From Alphaproteobacteria bacterium (lineage in GTDB: Bacteria > Pseudomonadota > Alphaproteobacteria > Rickettsiales > SXRF01), in assembly GCA_043763155.1 (NCBI GenBank), contig JAYULW010000046.1, positions 1 to 50,635 on the forward strand: DNA of 50,635 bases, given 5' to 3'. Below, one piece after another: positions 28,600-38,743 of this stretch. Positions within the stretch are counted from its first letter, which is position 1, and every line of letters starts with the position of its first letter. A program made the position numbers and the translations under genes. Under the pieces are notes generated by a model. The model was given only the letters and a program-made list of their open reading frames with translations, was not told the origin of the DNA and ran no database searches.

Positions 28600-30141
28600 A
28601 TGACCATTTCTCGCGCGTTGATTTCTGTTTCCGATAAGACCGGGCTGTTGGAATTTGCCCAATTCCTTGCCAATGCCGGGGTGGAAATTTTGTCTACGGG
28701 TGGCACGGCGAAGGCACTGCGCGATGCGAAGATTGCGGTGAGGGATGTGTCGGAGCATACGGGCTTTCCGGAGATTATGGACGGCCGGGTGAAGACGCTG
28801 CACCCGAAGGTGCATGGCGGGCTTTTGGGCGTGCGCGATAATGCGGAACATACGAAGGCGATGACGGATCATAACATCTCGCCGATTGATCTGGTGATTA
28901 TCAATCTGTATCCGTTTGAAGCGACCGTTGCCAAGGGCGCGGGCTTTGATGAGTGCATTGAAAATATTGATATTGGCGGGCCGAGCATGGTGCGTTCGGC
29001 GGCGAAGAACCACGCGTTTGTGACCATTGTGGTGGACCCGGCCGATTATGCGGGCGTGATGGCGGAGATGACGGCGCATAAAAATGCGACGACGCATGAA
29101 ACGCGCAAGAAATTGGCGGCGAAGGCGTATTCCAAAACGGCTTCGTATGATAGCGCCATCAGCCAGTGGTTTAACGCGCAGAACGGGGATATGTTCCCGC
29201 AGGCGTTGACCATTGCGGGCAGCCTGAAAGCACCGCTGCATTACGGCGAGAACCCGCACCAGAAGGCTGCGTATTATGTGACCGACGCGGTGACGCCTTC
29301 GCTGGCGACGGCGAAACAGGCGCAGGGCGCGCCGCTGAGCTATAATAATTACAACGATGTGAGCGCAGCGTTTGAGCTGGTGCGTGAATTTGCGGCGCCT
29401 GCCGTTGCCATCATCAAGCACGCGAACCCGTGCGGCGTGGCGGTGGGTGCTACGATTACCGAAGCGTTTACGAAGGCTTTGGCGTGTGACCCGGTGAGCG
29501 CGTATGGCGGGATTATTGCTACTAACAGGCCGCTGGATAAGGCGTTTTGCGAGGCGCTGGGGTCATTGTTCCTTGAGGTGATGATTGCACCCGATGCGGA
29601 TAAGGACGCGCTGGCGATTCTGGCGAATAAGAAGAAATTGAAATTGTTGCTGACGGGCACGGTTCCGGCACCCGCGCCCAAGATGACGGTGCGCACGATT
29701 TCGGGCGGGTTCCTGTGTCAGGAAGAAGACGCGGTGATTATTGCGGGTGATTTGAAGGGCGTGACGAAGAAAGCGCCGAGCCAAGCGCAGATGGAAGATT
29801 TGCTGTTTGCGTTTACGGTTGCCAAGCATGTGAAGTCGAACACCATCGTGCTAGTGCGCGATAATGCCACGATTGGTATTGGCGCAGGCCAGATGAGCCG
29901 CATTGATTCCACGCGCATTGCCTGCTGGAAAGCGGGCGAAGCGAAGCTGGATACCAAGGGCGCGGTGCTGGCGTCGGATGCGTTCTTCCCGTTTGCGGAT
30001 AATGTGGAAATGGCTGCGGCTGCGGGCATTTCGGCCATCATCCAGCCGGGCGGTTCGATCCGCGATAATGAAGTTATTGAAGCTGCGGATAAGGCCCAGA
30101 TCGCCATGGTCTTTACGGGCATGCGCCATTTCAGGCACTAA
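28600..30141 (+). CDS. purH: Bifunctional AICAR transformylase/IMP cyclohydrolase
   Basis: [56 protein letters not shown]. Confidence 0.98.
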   Translation: MTISRALISVSDKTGLLEFAQFLANAGVEILSTGGTAKALRDAKIAVRDVSEHTGFPEIMDGRVKTLHPKVHGGLLGVRDNAEHTKAMTDHNISPIDLVIINLYPFEATVAKGAGFDECIENIDIGGPSMVRSAAKNHAFVTIVVDPADYAGVMAEMTAHKNATTHETRKKLAAKAYSKTASYDSAISQWFNAQNGDMFPQALTIAGSLKAPLHYGENPHQKAAYYVTDAVTPSLATAKQAQGAPLSYNNYNDVSAAFELVREFAAPAVAIIKHANPCGVAVGATITEAFTKALACDPVSAYGGIIATNRPLDKAFCEALGSLFLEVMIAPDADKDALAILANKKKLKLLLTGTVPAPAPKMTVRTISGGFLCQEEDAVIIAGDLKGVTKKAPSQAQMEDLLFAFTVAKHVKSNTIVLVRDNATIGIGAGQMSRIDSTRIACWKAGEAKLDTKGAVLASDAFFPFADNVEMAAAAGISAIIQPGGSIRDNEVIEAADKAQIAMVFTGMRHFRH

Positions 30142-30201
30142 ACGCTATCTGACACGGCGCATCACGTCGGCTGCCTAGTGCTGCTTGGTCAGATAGCGTT
30201 T
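30140..30201. repeat. Palindromic element with perfect 14-bp terminal inverted repeats
   Basis: AAACGCTATCTGAC (30140-30153) ... GTCAGATAGCGTTT (30188-30201), 34-nt spacer. Confidence 0.85.
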
Positions 30202-30211
30202 GCACACAAAG

Positions 30212-30245
30212 AAAAAGCCCCGCAGGTTTTGCGGGGCTTTTTTTT
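30212..30245. terminator. Bidirectional intrinsic terminator between purH and gdh
   Basis: AAAAAGCCCCGCA-GGTTT-TGCGGGGC followed by a T run. Confidence 0.9.
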
Positions 30246-33200
30246 AGAGGGAGCGGACGTGGCGGAGGGCCACCATGAGTTTGGGGATGTCGGGGGTTTC
30301 GCCGGTGCCGAGGTCTTCGACGAAGCGGTCGTAGCGGGTGAGGTCGGGGGCGTTGGCCTGCTCCCATGCTGTGATGTCTTTGGTGGTTTCGATGACGTCA
30401 ATGGTGATGCGGCGCTGCTCGTCGTACAGGTCGCCAATGAGGGATTGCACGGCGAGGCGTTCCCAGTGGGAGGCGGTGGCGATGTGGCTGGCGCACAGGC
30501 GCAGCCAGCTCATTTTTACGCGCGCACCCAGTTCGAAGTAGGTTTTGCCGACCTGCGTTACGGGCAGGTTGGTGCGGTGGGCGATGGCGATGATGTCGAA
30601 CGCGGAGGCGAGCATTTCAAGGCTTGCGATCTTCTCGGCAAGCGCGGGAGCCACGCCTTGGTCTTTCAGGGCTGTAAAGACCTTCTGAGAGGCTTGGCGG
30701 GTGGTTTCGGAATGCAGCTTGCTGGCGTTCTTTTCGATTTCGGCGACACCGGGCATGATTTCATTCGCGGCGGTTTCGATGTCGAGCGGCAAAGGAAGGT
30801 TGCGCAGGATCCAGCGGGTGGAGGCTTCAAGGAAGTTTGCGATGCTTGCAAACATCTCTACCTGTGTTGCCACGTTTACATGGGTGGAGAGTTCGATTTG
30901 CTTCCATGCGTCACGAAGCGAGAACACGTCGCGGGCCAGTGTGTAGGCGCTGGCGATGTCGCGCACCGATACACCTAAATCTTCGGCGATGTCGAAGAAG
31001 AAGGTGATGCCGGCGCGGTTGACGATGCTGTTGGTGACCACCGTTGCGATGATTTCACGCTTTAGCGGGTGGCGGGCGATGGCGCCGCTGAAATCCTGCT
31101 GCATGAGCTTGGGGAAATAGCGGTTCAGGTCGCGGGTGTAGTAGGCTTCGTCGGGCAGGGTGGTCTCTAAAAGTTCCTTGTACAGCACCATTTTGCTGTA
31201 GGCCAGAAGGACTGCCAGTTCGGGGCGGGTGAGGCCTTTTTTGGCCACTTTCAAATCGAGCAATTGCTTGTCGGTGGGCAGGAACTCGATGGTGCGGTCG
31301 AGCAGGCCGGTGCGCTCCAGCGTGTGGATGAGGCGGGCCTGAGATTCGAGCAGTACCACGCCTTGTTGCTGGGCGATGGTGAGGGCCTGGGTTTGCAGGA
31401 TGTTGTCCTTCAGCACGAGATGGGCCACGTCTTCGGTCATGGAGGTGAGGAGTTTATCGCGCTTGGCCATTGTGAGTTTGCCGCTGGCGATTTCGCCTGC
31501 GAAGGCGATTTTGATGTTTACTTCATGGTCGGAGCAATCCACGCCTGCGGAGTTGTCAATGGCGTCGGTGTTGATGCGGCCACCAAGGCGGGCGTATTCG
31601 ATGCGGCCTTTTTGGGTAAAGCCGAGGTTGCCGCCTTCGCCGACGATTTTGCAGCGCAGCTCTTTGCCGTTGATGCGTAGGCTATTGTTGGTGCGGTCGC
31701 CGACTTGTTCGTGGGTTTCTTCTTCGGCTTTGACATAGGTGCCGATGCCGCCGTTCCAGAGGAGATCTACCGGCGCGGTGAGGATGGTGCGGATAAGCTC
31801 ATCAGGCGTGAAGGTTGCTTTGGTTGCGCCGAGTGCGGTTTGGGCTTCCTTGCTGATGGTGATGGTTTTGGCGCTGCGCTCGAAGATTGCACCGCCTTTG
31901 GAAAGCAAGGAGGCGTTGTAATCTTTCCATGTGGAGCGGGGGAGGTTGAACAGGCGCTCGCGTTCCTTGAAGCTGGCCTTGGCGTTTGGCGTGGGGTCGA
32001 GGACGATGTGCATGTGGTTGAAGGCGGCGATGAGGTGGATGTTTTCCGAGAGGATCATGCCGTTGCCGAAGACGTCGCCGGCCATGTCGCCGATGCCTAC
32101 CACGGTGAATTCTTCCTTCAAAATATCTACGCCCATTTCGGCGAAGTGGCGGGTGACGGAGACCCAGCCGCCGCGCGCGGTGATGGCCATCTTTTTATGG
32201 TCGTAACCCACCGAGCCGCCGGAGGCGAACGCATCGCCCAGCCAGAAACCGTAGGCAGCGGAGACACTGTTGGCGATGTCGGAGAAGGTTGCGGTGCCTT
32301 TGTCGGCGGCAACGACGAGGTAGGGGTCGTTATCGTCGTGGCGCACCACTTGCAGTGGGGGTGTTACTTTGCCGTTTACGATGTTGTCGGTGATGTCGAG
32401 GAGGCCTTGGAGGTACATTTTGTAGCAAGCGATGCCTTCTTCCATGTAGGCGTCGCGGCCACCGGCGGGAGGCTGTTTTACGACGAAGCCGCCTTTGGAG
32501 CCTACGGGGACGATCACTGAGTTTTTTACCATCTGGGCTTTCATGAGGCCCAATACTTCGGTGCGGAAATCTTCGTGGCGGTCGGACCAGCGAAGGCCGC
32601 CGCGGGCGACTTTGCCGCCGCGTAAGTGGATGCCTTCGACGCGGGTGCCGTACACGGAAATTTCGGCGTAGGGGCGCGGCAGGGGCAGGTCGGGAACGAT
32701 GGCGGAGTTCAGCTTCAGCGACAGGACGGGCTTGTGGGTGCCATCGGCTTGGGTCTGGAAGGCGTTGGTGCGAAGGGTGGCCATGATGACTTCGACATAG
32801 CGGCGCAGGATGCGGTCTTCAACCACGTTGCTGACATGGGCCAGTTGCTGGTCAATGGTTGCGCGGATGGTGGTTTGGGCTTCGTCGCGGTTTTTGGTGG
32901 CGGGGGAGAAGCGGGCGTAGAACAGCGCCACGAGATTTTGCGCGATGGCGGGCTGCTGGTTCATGGCTTGTTCGATGCTGGCCTGCTCGTAGGTGAAGCC
33001 GATCTGCTTCAGGTATTTGGCGTAAGCACGCAAGACCACGACTTCGCGCCAGTTTAACCCGGCTTTGAGGATCAGGGCGTTGAAGCGGTCATTTTCCATT
33101 TCGCGGCGCCAGATTTTCAGCAGGGCTTGTTCCAGCAGGGGTTTTACGGTGGCGAGATCGGTGGTGAGGTCTTTGGGCGCTTGCAGCTTGAAGTCGCGCA

Positions 33201-35016
33201 CCCAGACATTGTTGCCGCCTTGGGGGGTGATGAGGAAGGGGTGTTCTTCGATGGCGCGGAAGCCGGAATTTTCGAGCAGCGGAAGGATGTCCGACAGCGC
33301 GATTTCTTCATTCGGGTTATAGATTTTCAGGTGCAGGAAGGCGGGGTCTTCGTGCTTGTCTTGGAAGAGTTCGAGGGCGAGGCTCTGGCTTTCGATGGCT
33401 TGTTCGATTTTGCTGATGTCATACACCGCAGCGCCTGTGTCGTAGCGGCTGATATAGCCGCGGGGAAAGGCGTCGGCGTATTGGCGCTGGAGGGTTTCGG
33501 TGCGGGTCTCGCTATGGTGCTTTTGTAGCTCTACGTAAAGCAGGTCGCTCCAGAGATAGGCGCGGCGGGCGATTTCGTGTTCGATGACGCCGACATCGGT
33601 TTGCGGGATTTCACCTTGGGTGGTTTTGATGATGAGGTGGAGCCGTGCGAGTGGGGCTTCGGCGATTTGGGTGGCGAAGGAACTGGTGGTGCCGCCGATG
33701 GCTTTTTCGATGATGTCCTGAATCTGGTGGCGGAGATCGGTGGAGAAGCGCTCACGCGGGACGAACACCATGGCGCTTACGAAGCGCTCGAAGGCGTCGT
33801 TGCGCAGGAAAACGCGCACGGCGGGTTTGGCTTCGAGGACCAAGATGCCCATGCCGGTTTCCAGGAGTTCGTCTTCGGACATCTGGAACACTTCGTCGCG
33901 GGGGAAGAATTCGTAGATGGCTTTGAGCGCTTTGCCGTTATGGCCTGCGAGATCGAAATCGGAACGCTTCATGACGTTGGCGATTTTCTGGCGCAGGAGC
34001 GGGATGTGCTCGGCGGACTGGTAGTATACGTTGGAGGTGAAAAGCCCTAGGAAACGGGCTTCGCCGACGACGTTGCCTTTTTTGTCGAAGCGCTTGAGGC
34101 CGATGGTGTCCATGGGCACGGGGCGGTGGACGGGGCTGCGGCGGTTTGATTTCGTAATCTCTACCAATTGTGGCGTGAGGACGAGGTGGCGCAAGGCAGG
34201 CGAAAGGGATTCGAGGCCGCGGAAGGTGGTGTCGCCGCTGAGCTTTAAAATGCCGAGCTTGGAGCCTTCGACGGCTTTGAGTTTTTCCTGCCCTTTGGCG
34301 TCGAAGAAATCATATTCGGCGTAGCCCATGAAAACGAAATTGCGGTTGATGAGCCAGCGCATGAAGTCTTCGGTTTCTTTGATGCTTTCTTCGGAAAAAA
34401 GGCCGGTGTTGGCGCGGATGCTGGTGATGCTTTCCATGGCTTTGGCCATGATGGGCTGCCAGTCTTCGACGGTGGCGGCAATGTTTTGCAAAATGTCGGT
34501 GAGGTCGGCCTTGAGCTGCTCGGCGGTGACGTTATCGGGCAGGGCCGAGAGTTCAAAATGGATCAGGGATTCGTGGGCGGTTTTTTTCTGATCGGCTTGG
34601 CCAAGTTTTTGCAGCTTGCCTTTTTTGTCGCGGTCTACCGGGAAAATGGGATGCACGGTTTCGCGGATGATGAAGCCCTGACGGGTGATTTCGGCGGAGA
34701 GGGAATCAACCAAAAACGGCATGTCGTCGTTGATGAGTTCGATGACGAGGTATTTGGCATCATAGCCGTGGTCTTTTTTGTTGGGCGTGAAGATGCGGAT
34801 TTTGGGCGCGTGGGGCGTGCGGGTTTCAAAGAACTGGAAAGCGGAAGCGGCGAGGGCTACGGCCTGCTTTGGCTCGAAATGCTCCAGGTCGGAGACGGGC
34901 ATTTTGTCGTAGAATTGCTGGATGAAGGATTTTTGCAGGGCGGACATGCCGGAGGGCAGTGCGGCGGTGATGCGTTTGAGCTGCTTGGCGTGAAGCTGAT
35001 GGTAATCCTGTGTCAT
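30244..35016 (-). CDS. Large NAD-specific glutamate dehydrogenase (GDH2/GdhB type)
   Basis: 1590 aa; DDMPFLVDS, HLRGGKVARGGLRWSDR, AQMVKN, YLVVAADKGTATFSD, FASGGS.GYDHK, GDMAGDVFGNG, DNSAGVDCSDHEVNIKI. Confidence 0.96.
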   Translation of the reverse strand: MTQDYHQLHAKQLKRITAALPSGMSALQKSFIQQFYDKMPVSDLEHFEPKQAVALAASAFQFFETRTPHAPKIRIFTPNKKDHGYDAKYLVIELINDDMPFLVDSLSAEITRQGFIIRETVHPIFPVDRDKKGKLQKLGQADQKKTAHESLIHFELSALPDNVTAEQLKADLTDILQNIAATVEDWQPIMAKAMESITSIRANTGLFSEESIKETEDFMRWLINRNFVFMGYAEYDFFDAKGQEKLKAVEGSKLGILKLSGDTTFRGLESLSPALRHLVLTPQLVEITKSNRRSPVHRPVPMDTIGLKRFDKKGNVVGEARFLGLFTSNVYYQSAEHIPLLRQKIANVMKRSDFDLAGHNGKALKAIYEFFPRDEVFQMSEDELLETGMGILVLEAKPAVRVFLRNDAFERFVSAMVFVPRERFSTDLRHQIQDIIEKAIGGTTSSFATQIAEAPLARLHLIIKTTQGEIPQTDVGVIEHEIARRAYLWSDLLYVELQKHHSETRTETLQRQYADAFPRGYISRYDTGAAVYDISKIEQAIESQSLALELFQDKHEDPAFLHLKIYNPNEEIALSDILPLLENSGFRAIEEHPFLITPQGGNNVWVRDFKLQAPKDLTTDLATVKPLLEQALLKIWRREMENDRFNALILKAGLNWREVVVLRAYAKYLKQIGFTYEQASIEQAMNQQPAIAQNLVALFYARFSPATKNRDEAQTTIRATIDQQLAHVSNVVEDRILRRYVEVIMATLRTNAFQTQADGTHKPVLSLKLNSAIVPDLPLPRPYAEISVYGTRVEGIHLRGGKVARGGLRWSDRHEDFRTEVLGLMKAQMVKNSVIVPVGSKGGFVVKQPPAGGRDAYMEEGIACYKMYLQGLLDITDNIVNGKVTPPLQVVRHDDNDPYLVVAADKGTATFSDIANSVSAAYGFWLGDAFASGGSVGYDHKKMAITARGGWVSVTRHFAEMGVDILKEEFTVVGIGDMAGDVFGNGMILSENIHLIAAFNHMHIVLDPTPNAKASFKERERLFNLPRSTWKDYNASLLSKGGAIFERSAKTITISKEAQTALGATKATFTPDELIRTILTAPVDLLWNGGIGTYVKAEEETHEQVGDRTNNSLRINGKELRCKIVGEGGNLGFTQKGRIEYARLGGRINTDAIDNSAGVDCSDHEVNIKIAFAGEIASGKLTMAKRDKLLTSMTEDVAHLVLKDNILQTQALTIAQQQGVVLLESQARLIHTLERTGLLDRTIEFLPTDKQLLDLKVAKKGLTRPELAVLLAYSKMVLYKELLETTLPDEAYYTRDLNRYFPKLMQQDFSGAIARHPLKREIIATVVTNSIVNRAGITFFFDIAEDLGVSVRDIASAYTLARDVFSLRDAWKQIELSTHVNVATQVEMFASIANFLEASTRWILRNLPLPLDIETAANEIMPGVAEIEKNASKLHSETTRQASQKVFTALKDQGVAPALAEKIASLEMLASAFDIIAIAHRTNLPVTQVGKTYFELGARVKMSWLRLCASHIATASHWERLAVQSLIGDLYDEQRRITIDVIETTKDITAWEQANAPDLTRYDRFVEDLGTGETPDIPKLMVALRHVRSL

Positions 35017-35073
35017 GTGCGTCCTGTTTGGTTTTTTATAGATTCGGCTGATTCATGGTGTAAGGTGGGGCTT

Positions 35074-35835
35074 ATGAATAGCACTAATTACGATGAATAT
35101 CTAGCCTCCTGCTGTATCTTTGCGCGTGACGCGGGGCGGTTGATTATGACCTATTTTGAGGGCAACATGAACACCCGCGAAAAAGAAGACCACAGCCCGG
35201 TGACGGATGCGGATATTGCGGCAAATACGTTGATTGTCAAGGCGTTGCACGCGATGGCGCCGCAGATTCCGATTATTGCGGAAGAAGATGATGTGCTGGG
35301 AGCTTCCGGGCATGAAACCTTCTGGCTGGTGGACCCGCTGGACGGCACGCGCAGTTTTGTGCGCGGGGAGCCGGAATTTACGGTGAATATTGGGTTGATC
35401 CACCAGCAAAAACCCGTTTTGGGTGTGATTTTTGTGCCTGCTACGGGGATTTTGTACCATGGGCAGGTGGGCAAGGGTGCGTTTCGCGAAGGCGGGCACG
35501 GGCAGGCGGTTGCTATTCAGGTGCGCAAGCCCGCGGATGACGGGTTGGTGGTGGTGAAAAGCCGCTCGCATCCTTCGGCGAAAACGACGGAGTTTTTAGA
35601 TACCATTAAGGTCAAGGAAATGATTCCGGGGTCCAGCTCGGTGAAGTTTTGCCAGGTGGCCGAAGGGTCTGCCGATATTTACCCGCGCTTTGGCCGCACG
35701 ATGGAGTGGGACACGGCGGCGGGGCATGCGATTCTGGACGCTGCGGGCGGGCGTGTGACGACTGCCGACGGCCAGCCGTTTTTGTATGGCAAGCCGGGGT
35801 ATGAGAATCCGCATTTTATCGCGTATGGTGGCTAG
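35074..35835 (+). CDS. cysQ: 3'(2'),5'-bisphosphate nucleotidase CysQ
   Basis: SPVTDAD, AEE, WLVDPLDGT, EFTVNI, SRSH, GSS, YPRFG.TMEWDTAAG. Real start MNSTNY inside the 449-aa ORF. Confidence 0.93.
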   Translation: MNSTNYDEYLASCCIFARDAGRLIMTYFEGNMNTREKEDHSPVTDADIAANTLIVKALHAMAPQIPIIAEEDDVLGASGHETFWLVDPLDGTRSFVRGEPEFTVNIGLIHQQKPVLGVIFVPATGILYHGQVGKGAFREGGHGQAVAIQVRKPADDGLVVVKSRSHPSAKTTEFLDTIKVKEMIPGSSSVKFCQVAEGSADIYPRFGRTMEWDTAAGHAILDAAGGRVTTADGQPFLYGKPGYENPHFIAYGG

Positions 35836-35843
35836 CTGATGGG

Positions 35844-35870
35844 CTGGATACCGGCCTTCGCCGGTATGAC
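35844..35870. repeat. Short REP-like hairpin between converging cysQ and gshB
   Basis: CTGG-ATACCGGC-CTTC-GCCGGTAT-GAC. Resembles the common alphaproteobacterial GGAT...ATGAC intergenic palindromes; no T run. Confidence 0.6.
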
Positions 35871-35874
35871 GGTT

Positions 35875-36807
35875 TTAGAGGTGGCTTTCTACGGTGTTCC
35901 AGAAATCGGCTTCGAGGGTTGTGCCGTACATGGCGTTGGCCTGTACGAAGCCGGTGGGGGAGGTGATGTTGATCTCGGTGAGGTAGTCGCCGATGACGTC
36001 GAGGCCTGCGAATAGCAGGCCTTTTTCTTTGAGGATGGGTTTGATGGTGTCGCAGATTTCGCGCTGGCGGGGGGTGAGTTCGGCGCGGGCCGGGCTGCCG
36101 CCGGTGCGGAAATTGGCGCGGATTTCGTGTTCGCTGGGGATGCGGCCAAGGACGCCTTTGACGTCGCCGTCGAACAAAATGATGCGGCGGTCTTCGGTTT
36201 TTACTTCCGGCAGGAAGCGCTGCACCATGAGGGGTTCTTTGCTATTTGCGAGGTGCATTTCGACCATGGCGGGGAGGTTGCCGTCGTCTTCACGCACATG
36301 CAGGATGGCGCGGCCACCGTGGCCATAAAGTGGTTTGATGATGATGTCGTGGTGTTCGCGGCGGAATTCTTCCATTTCGCGGATGTCGGCGGTGATCAGG
36401 GTGGGCGGCATGAAGTGCGGCCACATGAGCGGCATGAGTTTTTCGGGGTTGTTGCGCACCGACGCGGGGTTGTTGGTGACGAAGGTTTTTTTGGGCAACA
36501 TTTCCAGCAGGTAGGTGCTGGTGATGTAGGCCATGTTGAAGGGGGGGTCCTGACGCAACAAGACCACGTCCATGGTGTCGAGGCGGGTGTGTTCGGCTTC
36601 CCCTAAAATGTAGTAATTCACGGGATCGTCGGTGAGGGCGAGGGGCTGGGTGTAGGCGGTGACGTGGCCGCCTGCAAGCGTCAATACATCGGGGGTGTAG
36701 AAGTGGATGTCGTAGCCGCGCTTCTGGGCTTCGCGCACCATGAGGAAGGTGGAGTCGCCGCGCGGGTTCAGGTCGCGCGGGTGGTTCATCTGGAAGGCGA
36801 TGCGCAT
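35875..36807 (-). CDS. gshB: Glutathione synthetase
   Basis: RQDPPF...Y, NNPEK, KPLYGHGG, RANF..GG, GLDVIG..LTEINITSPTG. Confidence 0.96.
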   Translation of the reverse strand: MRIAFQMNHPRDLNPRGDSTFLMVREAQKRGYDIHFYTPDVLTLAGGHVTAYTQPLALTDDPVNYYILGEAEHTRLDTMDVVLLRQDPPFNMAYITSTYLLEMLPKKTFVTNNPASVRNNPEKLMPLMWPHFMPPTLITADIREMEEFRREHHDIIIKPLYGHGGRAILHVREDDGNLPAMVEMHLANSKEPLMVQRFLPEVKTEDRRIILFDGDVKGVLGRIPSEHEIRANFRTGGSPARAELTPRQREICDTIKPILKEKGLLFAGLDVIGDYLTEINITSPTGFVQANAMYGTTLEADFWNTVESHL

Positions 36808-36811
36808 GGGG

Positions 36812-37414
36812 TTAGTTTACTGAAGTGTTGCGGCGCGGATCGTCTTTCAGGCGCACATAGCTCACCACGCGCTCAACATAGCTGGTGGTGCTGGAGACGT
36901 AGGTGGCGCGGTCGAGTTCGGCCTGGTCTTGGGCGATGCCCATGATGTAGACGACCTGGTTCACGGTGATAACGGAGTAGTTTACCGAGCGGATGTTTTT
37001 CTCAAACAGCAGGCGGCTCTTGATCTGGGTGCTGATCCAGAGGTCGCGGGCGTAGTTGCCGAAGCCGGCTTTGTTGCTGATCTGGATTTCGTTGATGACT
37101 TCCTTTACGCCGCCAACCTGCCATGCGAGGCGCACGCCTTCGATCTGGGATTCGGGTTTATCTACGTTGCCGGTGAGCAGTACGCGGCCTTCGATGACTT
37201 TGATTTCCACGTTTGCGAGGAGATCTTTGAAGTCGTTCTGGGCGTAGAGGTTTTTGATCTTGAGGACGATTGCGGTGTCGTCAACAGCGTTTCCGGCGGT
37301 GCGTTCCTGAGCTGCAACGCGGGCGCCTTCGCCGCCAGCGCCGATCACGACGGCGGCGCAGGAACTAAGGGCGAGGGAGGCCAGCAGGAAAGAGACAATT
37401 TTGAGGCTACGCAT
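36812..37414 (-). CDS. Dual BON-domain lipoprotein (YraP/DolP-like)
   Basis: Lipobox LSSC, RT.G..VDD, GRVLLTG.V, second BON (D.WIS..IK, VYIMG); next to yraN. Confidence 0.9.
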   Translation of the reverse strand: MRSLKIVSFLLASLALSSCAAVVIGAGGEGARVAAQERTAGNAVDDTAIVLKIKNLYAQNDFKDLLANVEIKVIEGRVLLTGNVDKPESQIEGVRLAWQVGGVKEVINEIQISNKAGFGNYARDLWISTQIKSRLLFEKNIRSVNYSVITVNQVVYIMGIAQDQAELDRATYVSSTTSYVERVVSYVRLKDDPRRNTSVN

Positions 37415-37428
37415 AAGCTACTCCAAGA

Positions 37429-37833
37429 TTACATTCTAAAGGCGTCTTTGATGTGGACGGGCCAGCGGTGCGGGGACATCCAGATAACGTCGAAGCGTAT
37501 ATTATCGGGCTGGGCGCGTCCAAGTCCAGCAGATTTACCGCCCATGCTTTGGTGGCCCGCGAGGAAGCCTTCGAGCGCGCGGGCGATTTTGGCCTGTTTC
37601 ACAGGCGGCACGGTTTCGTTGCAATCGGTGAGGTTTTTGCGGGCTTTGACTTCGATGGCGATGAGGGTTTTGCGCTTTGAGGCGAGGATATCAATTTCGC
37701 CTAGGTGGTTGCGGTAGCGGGAAGCGACGATTTTGTAGCCCTTGGCGCGTAAGTACAGGCCCGCGAGGGACTCGGCGCGGATGCCGTATTTATACGCGGC
37801 CGTGCGCTCAGTCTTTATTCTTTTCCGGGCCAT
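37429..37833 (-). CDS. yraN: YraN family (UPF0102) protein
   Basis: G..AE, L..KGY.I, GEIDI, IEVKAR, IRFDVI, HIKDAF. Confidence 0.93.
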   Translation of the reverse strand: MARKRIKTERTAAYKYGIRAESLAGLYLRAKGYKIVASRYRNHLGEIDILASKRKTLIAIEVKARKNLTDCNETVPPVKQAKIARALEGFLAGHQSMGGKSAGLGRAQPDNIRFDVIWMSPHRWPVHIKDAFRM

Positions 37834-38716
37834 CTTGCATCAGCTTTAAGGCGAGGGTGTACATGTCTTTGCGGGGGTGGCCGGTTTGTTCGGCGAGGAT
37901 GGTTGCGGCTTCTTTGACGCTGTGGGATGCGAGCAGTAATCTGAGCTTGGATTCGATGGCTTCGGGGCTTGGGGCTTCTTCGCCCGGCGGGGCCACCAGA
38001 ATGACCACTTCGCCGCGCGGGTCGCCTGCTTCGCGGTAGTATTGGGCCAGTTCTTTGAGCGTGCCACGGCGGGATTCTTCGAAGAGCTTGGTGAGTTCGC
38101 GGGCGACGGAGGCTTGGCGTGCGCCCCAATGTTCTTCCATGATGTCGAGTGTGTCGCTGACGCGGCGGTTGGACTCGAAAAAGATGAGGGTGGCGGGGAT
38201 GGTGGCAAGTGCTTGCAGTTCTTTGCGGCAGGCTTCTTCCTTGGCGGGCAGGAAACCTGCGAAGAAGAAACGGTCGGTGGGCAGGCCCGACAGGCACAAG
38301 GCGGCAAGCAGGCTGGACGCGCCGGGAAGGGCGGTGATGTGGTGGCCCTCTTCCTGACATGCGCGCACGAGTTTGTAGCCGGGGTCGGAGACTAAGGGTG
38401 TTCCGGCGTCGCTTACCAAGGCTACGCATTTGCCTTCGGCGAGGGCGGCGAGGATTTTCGGGCGGCGGGATTCGCCGTTGTGGTCGTTGTACGAAAGTGT
38501 GGGGGCGGTGATGCCGTAATGGGACAAAAGTTTTGCCGTGACGCGGGTGTCTTCGCAGGCGATCAGGTCGGCGGCTTGCAGCACTTCGAGGGCGCGAAGG
38601 GTGATGTCTTTCAGGTTGCCGATGGGTGTTGCGACGATATATAAACCGGGCGCATGAGGCGCGGGTTGTGTTTGACTGTTGGGTGGTTTCACGTTAGCTT
38701 CCAATGGATTGTTCAC
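37808..38716 (-). CDS. rsmI: 16S rRNA (cytidine1402-2'-O)-methyltransferase
   Basis: LYIVATPIGNL.DITLRA, CEDTR, VSDAGTP.VSDPG, ARELTK.FEE, RGE; exact start uncertain. Confidence 0.95.
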   Translation of the reverse strand: MNNPLEANVKPPNSQTQPAPHAPGLYIVATPIGNLKDITLRALEVLQAADLIACEDTRVTAKLLSHYGITAPTLSYNDHNGESRRPKILAALAEGKCVALVSDAGTPLVSDPGYKLVRACQEEGHHITALPGASSLLAALCLSGLPTDRFFFAGFLPAKEEACRKELQALATIPATLIFFESNRRVSDTLDIMEEHWGARQASVARELTKLFEESRRGTLKELAQYYREAGDPRGEVVILVAPPGEEAPSPEAIESKLRLLLASHSVKEAATILAEQTGHPRKDMYTLALKLMQDGPEKNKD

Positions 38717-38743
38717 CCTTACTATAGCGTGTGGTTCTGGCTT

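Noticed and set aside
34486-35073. N-terminal extension or fusion on CysQ (449-aa ORF)
   Set aside because: It overlaps the gdh gene on the opposite strand; CysQ homology starts at 35074. Similar spurious extensions were trimmed from the arnA-like, M16, wecA-like, lpoA-like, hemW, cysS and cimA ORFs.
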